DNA of 64,000 nucleotides from a virus: positions 94,206 through 158,205 of IMG/VR virus record IMGVR_UViG_3300010352_001575; one strand, written 5' to 3'. How positions within the stretch are numbered: position 1 is the stretch's first letter; the number at the start of each line of letters is the position of its first letter. Both the position numbers and the translations under genes were made by a program. The notes beneath the pieces were generated by a model, which worked only from the letters and a program-made list of their open reading frames with translations, made no database searches and was not told where the DNA came from. Shown one piece after another: positions 27,925-37,230 of this stretch.

Positions 27925-29928
27925 ATGAACTTTGTAGACGCTGATAACCAAATCCGAACTTGCGCTGCTGCCATTATTCACTTGGACAATTTTACCAAAA
28001 CAGACGCAGAGTTAGTCGCGGAGTGCAAAGATTTTATTCTGATGAAGCACGCTAACCTAGCTAATTACCCGGTGCTGGACGCTGAGATACTGGCGAACAT
28101 ACATACAGTTAAAGTCGAGTTGCTTAGGACATCTGGTTGGCTATCTGATTTAGCTAGCAAAATTGAGGGATTTTTCGGATCGGCCGAAGTAGATCCTAGT
28201 GACAAGCCCGTGGTTAAGCGTATCGGAGCCGAAATTCTTCAAGCGTTTGAATACGTTGCCGCCAAAGAAGGGGAAGACCCGCGCGACGCTATACAAAAAA
28301 GCTTAGATAAATTTAACAAAATATTTGAGAGCAGAATCGCTGACCTTAAGGCGGCTGATATGTCTGACGAAGCTATCACTCGTTATCAAGCTTTCTTGCA
28401 AAGCCTAATAAGCGCAACCGAGTCTCTGTCTGTCGCAGACAGCAATGCAACTATTCTGATCGGCAGAATTACTACCATTATTCACGATATTGGAGTAATG
28501 TCTCACAAAATAACCAAAGATCCTAATAAAACAGCAGAGACAATCACAGAAAAGGATAAAGAAGCTATAGCCAGATTGCGTGCGGATTACGATAGCATAA
28601 ACAGCACCCGAGAAGATTTTGAGTTGCATATGTCTGAATACAGCCCAAACATTCAAGCTAAGTTTAAGAACGCAACACGGCTGTTCGCTGGTGTTTTGCC
28701 GCAGCTTGTTCAACTAGAAACCATCAGCCGTAGCACAATCGGTGACCACAGCAGCGCCAAGAAGCCGGAAACAGGTGCAGAGACATCTACTGGATTTTCT
28801 GAGGCGACACAGCAAGTAAACAACTGGACCGCAGGTAGCTACGTTAACAAGCCTGGGATATACCACTTAAATCCTGCAGCGCTTACAGATATAGACAAGC
28901 TCTACAACGCAGTCCGCGCATCTGCTAAGCAGCTAGGGCTTGCGGTGGATAACCGCGACATCACAGAGTTTAGCTTAGATAAGTTCAACCAGGCACAGGC
29001 TGACCTAAGCAGCACCGTACCGCAAACCGTACTTAACGCAGCTACGTACCTAGAGGGCTTCTGTAGCAAAATGATATCTCCCGGCTTCAAGATGAATGAC
29101 CAGAAGCAAGCTAATAATTTTGTAAAGGCGGTTAAGGTAGCAGTACGCAAAGCTACTGAGGCCGTGTCTAAGCTCAAGCTGGGAAAGCCAGAAGGCGTTC
29201 CAGCCGCAAAACCATCGACAGCTCCGGTGCCAGCAAGCAGCTCATCACTTAGCCCGGAGACCAAATCAGTTAAACCTGAAGTTGCCCAGCCCGCTAGCAA
29301 GCCAGCAGCGGCTCCTGCGGTTGCGCGTAGCGAAGCACAAATTAGGGAAGCCGAGACGAAAAGACTTATGGACAAGTACCTTACCCATAGGATTTTTAAG
29401 AATGTACGTAAAGTTGGTCCGGGGGCTACTCGGGCTGAGGTGGCCCAAGACATATTGGCAAATGTACCACAAGCTGAATCACCTCAAATGAAGTCTGAGT
29501 TACTTAATATGTATAAGTATCTGCGAGTTCCAGAAGCAGCTAGCGCGCAATTGCCTGCCGCAGCAGAGAGTGTAGCAAAGCCAGTTTCTCCTTCGGTGCC
29601 TAGCAGCACCGAACTTGCTAAAGAAATTTTTAAAGGAAACTATAGCAAGGCCGATGAGTTTAACAAAATGTTCGCACCGGTAACTGTGGAAGATATTAAA
29701 AATCTTGATAATCGCGTAACCGCCGGCATAGCTTCGCAGCTGTCTTGGGTTAGTCAGCTAGACGAAGCGAGCGTGCGCAGCCGCCCTGCTGTTGTTATCT
29801 CAAAACTTAGCAAAACAGTTCCGATAGACGAAAAGCAGAAACGGATAATAACGACTATCTTCAATGTCATCGCTGCTAGTAAGAAAGACAAAGCAAAGCC
29901 TGTAGAGAGCAAGCTGGTAGGTAAATAA
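27925..29928 (+). CDS. Hypothetical protein, probably virion-associated
   Basis: 667-aa ORF with GGAGAGG RBS and Pro/Ala-rich linkers. Confidence 0.7.
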   Translation: MNFVDADNQIRTCAAAIIHLDNFTKTDAELVAECKDFILMKHANLANYPVLDAEILANIHTVKVELLRTSGWLSDLASKIEGFFGSAEVDPSDKPVVKRIGAEILQAFEYVAAKEGEDPRDAIQKSLDKFNKIFESRIADLKAADMSDEAITRYQAFLQSLISATESLSVADSNATILIGRITTIIHDIGVMSHKITKDPNKTAETITEKDKEAIARLRADYDSINSTREDFELHMSEYSPNIQAKFKNATRLFAGVLPQLVQLETISRSTIGDHSSAKKPETGAETSTGFSEATQQVNNWTAGSYVNKPGIYHLNPAALTDIDKLYNAVRASAKQLGLAVDNRDITEFSLDKFNQAQADLSSTVPQTVLNAATYLEGFCSKMISPGFKMNDQKQANNFVKAVKVAVRKATEAVSKLKLGKPEGVPAAKPSTAPVPASSSSLSPETKSVKPEVAQPASKPAAAPAVARSEAQIREAETKRLMDKYLTHRIFKNVRKVGPGATRAEVAQDILANVPQAESPQMKSELLNMYKYLRVPEAASAQLPAAAESVAKPVSPSVPSSTELAKEIFKGNYSKADEFNKMFAPVTVEDIKNLDNRVTAGIASQLSWVSQLDEASVRSRPAVVISKLSKTVPIDEKQKRIITTIFNVIAASKKDKAKPVESKLVGK

Positions 29929-29929
29929 T

Positions 29930-30661
29930 ATGGCGATACTCACATATGTTCAGATAAATTGGACCCTGCCTACTGTCGCGGCCGGTACCTACGATACTAT
30001 CAATGTGTACCGTTCCGGGAGCGAGTCAACTGGGTATACCAAAATAGGCACAGCCGCCTGGCCAGCTACCACGTACACGGACACGGAAAAAACCTTATCA
30101 GCCAAAGAGACAGTCAACTATGTAGTGACATTTTCGCTATCCACAGTTCCAGGCGTAGAGTCGGAGTACGCCCTAACCTACAAAACGCTATCTCCCAGAG
30201 AGAAGCGTATGGTGTTCCAGATACGGGACTCCATTTCCAGGTTTGTGACCAACCGCCTGGCCGACGAAGAAATAAGGCAATATCTAGAGCAAGGCATTAG
30301 CGCGTTCAATATTCGTCCGCCGGCGACTGAGTTCGACATATTCAATTTACCTAAGAATATGGAGCCATTGGTGTTGTACGGCGCGCTGATATTTGGGGTT
30401 ACAAACAATATGCTAGGCATTGGTTTTACTGATGTCAGCTACACAGATAATGGTTGGCAGATGACCGGTAACAGGATGGAGAAAATGAATAGCACATTAG
30501 AAAAGGTGCTAGGTATATACGACAAGCTAATCCTCCCGGCTAAGCTAGAATTTGCCTACGGCGGAGACGCAATCGGCACCGTGAGTTTGCCTATAGGTAT
30601 CGGCGGCAGGGTGGGCAACGTCCTCGGCCTCTTCGATGTACTCTCCAGCCTCGGGCGCTGA
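29930..30661 (+). CDS. Putative head-tail adaptor (neck) protein
   Basis: N-terminal FN3/Ig-like strands; C-terminal IGFTDVSYTDNGWQM typical of large-phage adaptors. Confidence 0.6.
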   Translation: MAILTYVQINWTLPTVAAGTYDTINVYRSGSESTGYTKIGTAAWPATTYTDTEKTLSAKETVNYVVTFSLSTVPGVESEYALTYKTLSPREKRMVFQIRDSISRFVTNRLADEEIRQYLEQGISAFNIRPPATEFDIFNLPKNMEPLVLYGALIFGVTNNMLGIGFTDVSYTDNGWQMTGNRMEKMNSTLEKVLGIYDKLILPAKLEFAYGGDAIGTVSLPIGIGGRVGNVLGLFDVLSSLGR

Positions 30662-30683
30662 TATATTACTGATAGGCTAATTT

Positions 30684-31526
30684 ATGCGATCAAGTTCGAA
30701 TAACCTAACTAAAGTCACCTGTTGTATCTGCGGCCAGGGATTTGAGGTTAAAAATTCGTACTACAAACAACAGATAGCTAGTGGTTGTACCGACTTTGCT
30801 GGGCATACAAGAGAGTGTTTTAACAAAAATAGAATAAATAAGATCACGCTTAGCAGACAAACTCCAGAAGCCAGGAGGTTAACCTCTCTAGCCTCTAAAG
30901 CTATGTGGGCTAGCGGAAACAAGGCAAAGCATGTTGCGGCGATAAAATTAGGTATGCAAAACAGTGAAGAATACAACTCTTCGCAGCGCATTGAGAGAAT
31001 AAAAACAGCACTCAATCGTCCGGAGGCCATAGCTAAGCTATCCGCGCTTACCAAAAAAGTTTGGAAAGACGGCTACGAAGCTAGACGCCAGGCTGTTGCT
31101 AGCGGTATGGCGGCTAGCGAGAAGTATAACTCGCCAGAAAGGCTGGCAAAAGCTTTGCAAGCGTGTAGGAAAGCTCCGACAGGCATAGAGCAATCGATAA
31201 TCGACTTTATTAAGGATGCCGGGCTACCTTTGAGATATACTGGAAACGGCACCTTAATGGTCGGAAAGCTAAACCCAGATTTTGTATCTACCGACGGAGC
31301 TAAAAAGATTATAGATGCAAATGGGTGTTATTGGCACATGTGTAAGAAGTGTTTTCCTGGGGTAAAATCTAGCGGCAGCATTCCTGAGGGCGGTAGACAC
31401 CGCGTCTACTCGGCCGCAGGCTACACCCGTCTTGTTATCCGGGAACACGAGCTGGCTGACGATGCCTGGAAAACCAAGTTGCTTAACTTTGCAAACTCTA
31501 AAATTACTGCTGGAACAATCTTATGA
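30684..31526 (+). CDS. Free-standing PD-(D/E)XK (Vsr/DUF559-like) homing-type endonuclease with basic repeat region
   Basis: NPDFVSTDGAKKIIDANGCYWH...LVIREHEL; N-terminal CCICG and the internal repeat SEEYNSSQRI / SEKYNSPERL. Confidence 0.7.
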   Translation: MRSSSNNLTKVTCCICGQGFEVKNSYYKQQIASGCTDFAGHTRECFNKNRINKITLSRQTPEARRLTSLASKAMWASGNKAKHVAAIKLGMQNSEEYNSSQRIERIKTALNRPEAIAKLSALTKKVWKDGYEARRQAVASGMAASEKYNSPERLAKALQACRKAPTGIEQSIIDFIKDAGLPLRYTGNGTLMVGKLNPDFVSTDGAKKIIDANGCYWHMCKKCFPGVKSSGSIPEGGRHRVYSAAGYTRLVIREHELADDAWKTKLLNFANSKITAGTIL

Positions 31527-32677
31527 ATAATTTTTATATCACCGCCAGTCACGATTATAGCTGCCTGATGGTCCGGCCGCCTAAAGACATCGCGGCAGAG
31601 GCGCTCGCCTGGATAAACCAGAATGTCACTGATGATATGGTTTACACGGATGGGAATGAAATTGTCGGCCGGGAAGTAACCCCGCACATCACAGTAAAGT
31701 ACGGCCTGCTAACCGATAAGCTATCTGATGTGTCCAAGTTATACCCTAGCAAGCCGTTTAAGGTAAAGCTCCGCGAGGTATCTAAGTTCGACACAAACCC
31801 CGACTACGATGTGCTGAAGATGGATGTAGAATCAGATGCACTCCGGGATTTCAACGCAGAGGTATCGGAGTTGAAGAACGAGGACTCTCACCCTAATTAC
31901 TGCCCGCATATGACTATAGCCTATGTCAAGAAGGGCGCCGGGGACGCATTGCTAGGTACTGACATATTTGCAGGCAAGGAATTCACCATTGACGCTTACG
32001 AATTTTCTACTCCGGACGGTACTCATATTGTGAAGCGCGCGGCCGACGAGCACGGTCTGGGCGTAAAGATAGACGAGGCTGGCGAGCAATACTTTTCGGT
32101 TTTTGACTTTTCATCTGCTTTTGACGAGATGCTGTACGATTATTACCTGCCCGACCCTCGCGATGATAAACCCAACCACTATGTTACGGACATAGGCGGA
32201 GTAAAAGTAGGCTTTGGCGCTAAGTATATGCTTAACAAAATATTGACCAAGATACTGCCAAAGATATACCCATCCGGCAAGATACCTATAAACCAAGTCA
32301 CTTCCAAGCCGATACCTAAAATAGACGACCAGCTTGTTCGCAGGCTTGGTAGCATCCATGCAGTGTCGTATGTGGCTCATCTGCCCGGGCATAAAGACGC
32401 CAAGGGCAACGCAGCTCCGTGGGTAATAAAGGACCACAAGACCGGCAAGGTATTGTCTAGCCACGCCGACGAGGCTGCGGCTAAGAAACACCTGCAGGAT
32501 ATGCACATTCACAAGGGCAGCAACGCGGACATCGCTAGCAAGGTTATAGACCTAAGCGAGAAGGGCAAGGAGCTAAACGCGGGCAACCCGGCTCCTCAAC
32601 CTACAGTAGATGACCGTATGTTCGGAGATGAGAATCAAAGCAAAACACTGAACATCACGCCAGGCGGACCGCAATAG
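31523..32677 (+). CDS. 2H phosphoesterase (T4 gp57B/Acb1-like) fused to an unknown C-terminal region
   Basis: Two HxT motifs, GREVTPHITVKYGL and YCPHMTIAYVKKG. Confidence 0.8.
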   Translation: MNNFYITASHDYSCLMVRPPKDIAAEALAWINQNVTDDMVYTDGNEIVGREVTPHITVKYGLLTDKLSDVSKLYPSKPFKVKLREVSKFDTNPDYDVLKMDVESDALRDFNAEVSELKNEDSHPNYCPHMTIAYVKKGAGDALLGTDIFAGKEFTIDAYEFSTPDGTHIVKRAADEHGLGVKIDEAGEQYFSVFDFSSAFDEMLYDYYLPDPRDDKPNHYVTDIGGVKVGFGAKYMLNKILTKILPKIYPSGKIPINQVTSKPIPKIDDQLVRRLGSIHAVSYVAHLPGHKDAKGNAAPWVIKDHKTGKVLSSHADEAAAKKHLQDMHIHKGSNADIASKVIDLSEKGKELNAGNPAPQPTVDDRMFGDENQSKTLNITPGGPQ

Positions 32678-32679
32678 CG

Positions 32680-32711
32680 GTATAATATTATATAAAATTA
32701 TTAAATATGAG
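32680..32711 (+). promoter_or_regulatory. Repeated AT-rich motif, copy 4 (candidate late promoter)
   Basis: GTATAATATTATATAAAATTATTAAATATGAG, 3 nt after a stop codon. Confidence 0.78.
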
Positions 32712-32764
32712 TATGTACAGCGTAGTGATACGCGTGTATTCCAAAGAAACAGGAGATCTATAAA

Positions 32765-33718
32765 ATGTTCGATATCAATTTCTTCAAGTCAGCAACTGCA
32801 GCCGGCACTGATACAAAAGCGCCGATCACGGAAGGCCCGAAAGGCCCTGCACACAACTACAACGGGAAACCAGAGGTTCCTGCCGGATCTGTAAAAGTTG
32901 ATGGAGTTAAAGCTCCTATTTCTGAGGGCGATGCTGGTGAGAAGCCGCAGCACAATTTAAAGAACGCCTCTATGGACAAGAAGTACCAGGAAGCAGGCGA
33001 CAAAGGCGATACCAAAGTAGCTGGACAGCCTGAGTGTCCTAAAATCCCTATGGGTATGGCTGATGCTAAAGTCACCGTCCCGCAGGAAGATGGCGAGAAG
33101 GGCAAGCTAACCAATCCCTCTGGCGAAACTGCAGACCCCTCTGCTGAGCTGCCTAAGCCCAAAGATGAGAAAGCCATTGCCGGAAAGTTTATGGAAGCGG
33201 GCGGAACCGGTGGCTTAGTTGAGAAGCCTAAAGATTTCACCGCAGATGTCTCTGCACACGCTGAGAAGGACGCTAAGACGATAACCCCCGGAGAGAAGGG
33301 TCTTGGCAAGAAATCTTTCTCCATAGAGTGGGTGAAGTATTCCGCAGTTGAAAATCAACAGATGGTTAGCCACGCGGCTGCCGCGGTGATAGAGAACCTG
33401 CTTGTTATCGCCAATCGCGCCAACATCTCTCTGGAAAACCCCAAGCTCGCTTCAATGCTGAAGTTGGCTGAGGATATTCACGGCCTGGCAGAAGCTGGCA
33501 ATCTTTCTGGAATTCCGGAGACGATGGAGCCATTGCCTGCAATGCCGAGCGATGCCGCTGCTCCTGCTCCTGTAGCCAAGCCCGTAGCTGGCGACGCCGT
33601 AATTCCTCCGGCAGCGCCCATGGACGCGGTTCAGCCTATGATCCCGTCTGCCAGCGAAGTTCCAGGCACTCCGGAACCGCTAGCCCAGGACAAAGAACTA
33701 GAAGCAATATTTGAATAA
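32765..33718 (+). CDS. Hypothetical low-complexity protein, probably head-internal
   Basis: 317-aa Gly/Pro/Lys/Ala-rich ORF; AGGAG RBS; starts MFDINFFKSA. Confidence 0.7.
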   Translation: MFDINFFKSATAAGTDTKAPITEGPKGPAHNYNGKPEVPAGSVKVDGVKAPISEGDAGEKPQHNLKNASMDKKYQEAGDKGDTKVAGQPECPKIPMGMADAKVTVPQEDGEKGKLTNPSGETADPSAELPKPKDEKAIAGKFMEAGGTGGLVEKPKDFTADVSAHAEKDAKTITPGEKGLGKKSFSIEWVKYSAVENQQMVSHAAAAVIENLLVIANRANISLENPKLASMLKLAEDIHGLAEAGNLSGIPETMEPLPAMPSDAAAPAPVAKPVAGDAVIPPAAPMDAVQPMIPSASEVPGTPEPLAQDKELEAIFE

Positions 33719-34808
33719 TCAGGAGTTTTTAATGCAGATACCGTTCTTACGATCGGCTAGCATTACATCAGTCGCTGACTTAGCAGGATTTGCAGAAAAG
33801 TCACACGCCGCCATAGAGACACACTTGGCGGCGTTTCCTGCGTCTTCCCGCACTAGCTTGCACGAACAGTTGGATGCTAAACTAGCAGCAGCTGGTTTAT
33901 CCGCCGGGGATACTGTTGAGATATCTATCGAGATAACCTCCGCGGCGGCGGCGGTGAACCAGCCGGAAAAGTCAGCGTTTAACAAAGAAGTATTTTTGCG
34001 TGAGTTCGAAGATTACATCCTAGCTCGTCTAAGAATGTTCAACGAGCTAGCAGATAGCGATGCATACAAAACGTACTTCCCTAACCTTAAAGCAGAGGTA
34101 GAGAATCTGTGCGATACAGCAGCTAACATAGCTGCCAACTACGCAGATATGCGCTCAGACGTGTCTCAGTTTTTTGGCGAATTTAAAAACTTCAACATCC
34201 CCAGCAGCCTATATCTTAAGCCGAACACAAAGATAGTAGGAGACGCGAAAGAGGATATGACAATATCTGGTGTTATCACGTCCACTACCAAGGTTATAGA
34301 ACACTGCTCGAACTTGTTGACTGAGTATGGCGAGGCTATAGACGCTCTTGCGCCTGAAAAGGCTACGTTGCGGGAGCTAAAACAAATCGCAGACAAAGTA
34401 GGCGATGTAATAAGACTAGCTAAAAACCAATATGTTACGCTATCGTTTTTCGAAAGCAGCCTAGCTAAAGATGCTAGCCTACCAGAAGAATATACAGCTA
34501 TTCGTAACGATTTGGCGAATGTGCAGAAAGTGGCTAACAGTTTGCTGTACGAAGTAGAGAAAAAGATGAGCGGTGCAAGCTCTATTAAGACAGACCAAAC
34601 CGATACCGAGGCTGCATCTGATACAACGCCAGAGAGCGCTGCAGATTTTTCTGGGTATCAAGACACTGGGTCAGATGACGACGACCAGTTTGTGCCACCC
34701 TCTAAACAGTTAGCACAAGATGTAGCAGAGCAGACTAGTGAGGAAGAGGAAATCAGAAAAGAGCTGCCCGTAAACGTTATTAACCCTAAAAAGCGCCGAG
34801 ACGAATAA
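33711..34808 (+). CDS. Hypothetical protein
   Basis: 365-aa ORF; the likely start is ATG 33732, after AGGAG. Confidence 0.7.
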   Translation: MNNQEFLMQIPFLRSASITSVADLAGFAEKSHAAIETHLAAFPASSRTSLHEQLDAKLAAAGLSAGDTVEISIEITSAAAAVNQPEKSAFNKEVFLREFEDYILARLRMFNELADSDAYKTYFPNLKAEVENLCDTAANIAANYADMRSDVSQFFGEFKNFNIPSSLYLKPNTKIVGDAKEDMTISGVITSTTKVIEHCSNLLTEYGEAIDALAPEKATLRELKQIADKVGDVIRLAKNQYVTLSFFESSLAKDASLPEEYTAIRNDLANVQKVANSLLYEVEKKMSGASSIKTDQTDTEAASDTTPESAADFSGYQDTGSDDDDQFVPPSKQLAQDVAEQTSEEEEIRKELPVNVINPKKRRDE

Positions 34809-35758
34809 TGCAAATACCAGCATACCCGCTAACAGGAGAAGTTCCACCAGTAAACCCAGACGAGGTAGGCGTAGGCCCATACGCTGGCGATGGAACTAAC
34901 CCAGACAAGTCTAAAGAGAAGGGGTTAAAAAACGACTGCGAGTACGAGATTCCTAATAAAGGTAGAGAAGTAACGCCCCCTGCATACCGTAATCACGGCG
35001 GGCCACAGCTTGAGACATTTACTCCAGGCACCGACGCACAAACTCCCGGGAGCATAAACGGGGAGCCATCGGGCGGAATGGGCTGGGGTTATCTAGGCGA
35101 TGCAGTGCAGAGCAGCGCAGCATCTGCCGTAGACGCGTCGTATTCCCAGTTCCTGAAATCCGCATTTCCAATTATCGAATATTTAAAAAGTATGGGTGCC
35201 ACCCGGACCACCGCGAAAGACGCCCTAGCTAAGAAGTACGCGTTTTTGTACGAACACCGTCCGTGGCTTAAGTCCGTGCAGAATGTTTTCCTAGATAAGG
35301 TATTCGGACAGGAAGTTGTGAAGACCGCCGCAGTAAGCATTGAAGAGCTTAAATACGGAGCGCCAGAAGAGGATGTCACGCGCCCAGCAACTAAGGACCT
35401 GTTTGTTTCCGGATCTGTGATTAGCTGTCTGGAGCCGGCTATCATAGGCAAAGTGATTTCTGTAAGCCAGGACTGTACCTACGCAAAGATAGCCTGGGCG
35501 CTTGGCTCTGCTAGCATTGCGGCCACAGCGCTATCCAACATAGTCGTGTTATCGTCTGTTGCCTCTGCTCCATACAAAAAGTATTTTTCAACATCGCCAG
35601 CGTTGCTAAAGCTGGCAGAAAAAACATTGCTCCAGCCAGAAGGTAACTCTAGCGCGCCCGTAGAAATCATAGAGACTAAGCCCGGCGTGAAGCTCCCTCC
35701 TAAAATAAAGAAAGCCGATGGTACCACCTTGGAAAACAAAGGAGAGGAACAGCAATGA
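34808..35758 (+). CDS. Hypothetical protein
   Basis: 316-aa ORF, translationally coupled on both sides. Confidence 0.7.
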   Translation: MQIPAYPLTGEVPPVNPDEVGVGPYAGDGTNPDKSKEKGLKNDCEYEIPNKGREVTPPAYRNHGGPQLETFTPGTDAQTPGSINGEPSGGMGWGYLGDAVQSSAASAVDASYSQFLKSAFPIIEYLKSMGATRTTAKDALAKKYAFLYEHRPWLKSVQNVFLDKVFGQEVVKTAAVSIEELKYGAPEEDVTRPATKDLFVSGSVISCLEPAIIGKVISVSQDCTYAKIAWALGSASIAATALSNIVVLSSVASAPYKKYFSTSPALLKLAEKTLLQPEGNSSAPVEIIETKPGVKLPPKIKKADGTTLENKGEEQQ

Positions 35759-37230
35759 CCCCAGAACTTGAAAACAGGGAAGAACCTAAGTCGTCCAGAA
35801 AGACGGTAGCGGTCGACTTCGATAATACCATTGCTGCGATGGGCCCAGACAAAAGCATCGGCGAGCCACTCCCTGGTGCTATTGAGTTTTTAAAGAAGAT
35901 AGAAGAAATGGGTTGGAAGACGGTTATTTACTCATCTCGTCCGGTATTCCCAGGTGGCAAGGAAGAGATAGAGGCCTGGCTGCTTAAACACGACCTGCCA
36001 GCATACAAGGTGTGGACCAAGCCGCTAGCGCACTATTATGTAGACGATAGGGCCGTTGCATTCAAAGGTAACTGGGACGAGGTGTCTACTGAGATACTTG
36101 GCGGCGCCACCGAGAACACTGCTGACAATATCGCCAAAGGAAAATACAGTTACTACGAAATAGCTGATAAATTTGGAGTAGACAAAGACCAATTCGCGGA
36201 AGACATTGGTAGACTGTTCGAGACTGATTCAGAGCAATGGGATAGAGTGGTTAGCTCTGTCGGAGAGAAATACAGCATTTTCGTAGATAAGGATAAATTT
36301 TTAAAATCTGCCAACTCAGACCTGGCAGTCAGAGAGGCGGTAAGCTGTGCCTACTCTGGGTTCGCATCTTCTAGGCTGTACCCTGGGGAGCACGTATGCC
36401 TCTCGATTAACGAGAGATATGGCAATATTGCCAGAGTTGTGTCTGTAGGCGAATCAGGCTATTCTCTGCACGACCTTAACACTTCGGAAGACATAGAGAT
36501 TCCAGAGCAGTATTCTGGTCTAGCCAAGAAAATAATATTAGGTTCTGTTCCAGCTGACGCGTTTAAGCCATCTTGTGGCATAGCCGTAGCAGCTAACAGC
36601 CTGTACCCTGACGGGTTGGCGTACAGAGATATCAGAAATTGGTATGATAGGCATTCTGATCAACTGAATACCTATATTTCCGGACGGCCTGTTCGCGGGT
36701 ACTACCAGCTGAAGCACAAGCTAGTATCTCCTATCGGACCATTTAGCCGAGTCATGTCTCAGTTCGATGCTAGTATCATAAACGAGCCGCTTATGGGCTT
36801 TGGCTATTGTACTCGCCCAGATTCTGAGCTATACGCTATCAAGTTTTCCCCGGCGCAAGGCAGCAGCTTGCCCAGCTGCACCAGCGATGTGGTTATCAGC
36901 ATTTTGTCCGCGTTGTCGGCTAGAAACGCACAGCTAATGTTTGACGGCAGCGATGGTCTGGTGCTCATAATCCAGACAGAACCATCAGCGGATAATTTTG
37001 ATGAAATTGCCCGTAACTGCGTATCAGACATTGTGTCCGATATGCAAGAACCTAGTGTTATGTGTGCCGCAATGCCTCCGGCCGGAGGGTTGAACATACA
37101 ACCAGGACATAATGACAACGGCGCTGTGTTGGTGCCTTACACTGTCAACCAAGACACCGGCCTAAGCTGCGTGCCGGTAGACGTTGAGGACATAGAGGAA
37201 TTTGACCCGATGTGTGCGAAAATACTGTGA
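35755..37230 (+). CDS. HAD-superfamily phosphatase/nucleotidase domain fused to unknown domains
   Basis: HAD motif I AVDFDNTI, motif II IYSSR, motif III/IV KPLAHYYVDDRA. Confidence 0.8.
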   Translation: MTPELENREEPKSSRKTVAVDFDNTIAAMGPDKSIGEPLPGAIEFLKKIEEMGWKTVIYSSRPVFPGGKEEIEAWLLKHDLPAYKVWTKPLAHYYVDDRAVAFKGNWDEVSTEILGGATENTADNIAKGKYSYYEIADKFGVDKDQFAEDIGRLFETDSEQWDRVVSSVGEKYSIFVDKDKFLKSANSDLAVREAVSCAYSGFASSRLYPGEHVCLSINERYGNIARVVSVGESGYSLHDLNTSEDIEIPEQYSGLAKKIILGSVPADAFKPSCGIAVAANSLYPDGLAYRDIRNWYDRHSDQLNTYISGRPVRGYYQLKHKLVSPIGPFSRVMSQFDASIINEPLMGFGYCTRPDSELYAIKFSPAQGSSLPSCTSDVVISILSALSARNAQLMFDGSDGLVLIIQTEPSADNFDEIARNCVSDIVSDMQEPSVMCAAMPPAGGLNIQPGHNDNGAVLVPYTVNQDTGLSCVPVDVEDIEEFDPMCAKIL

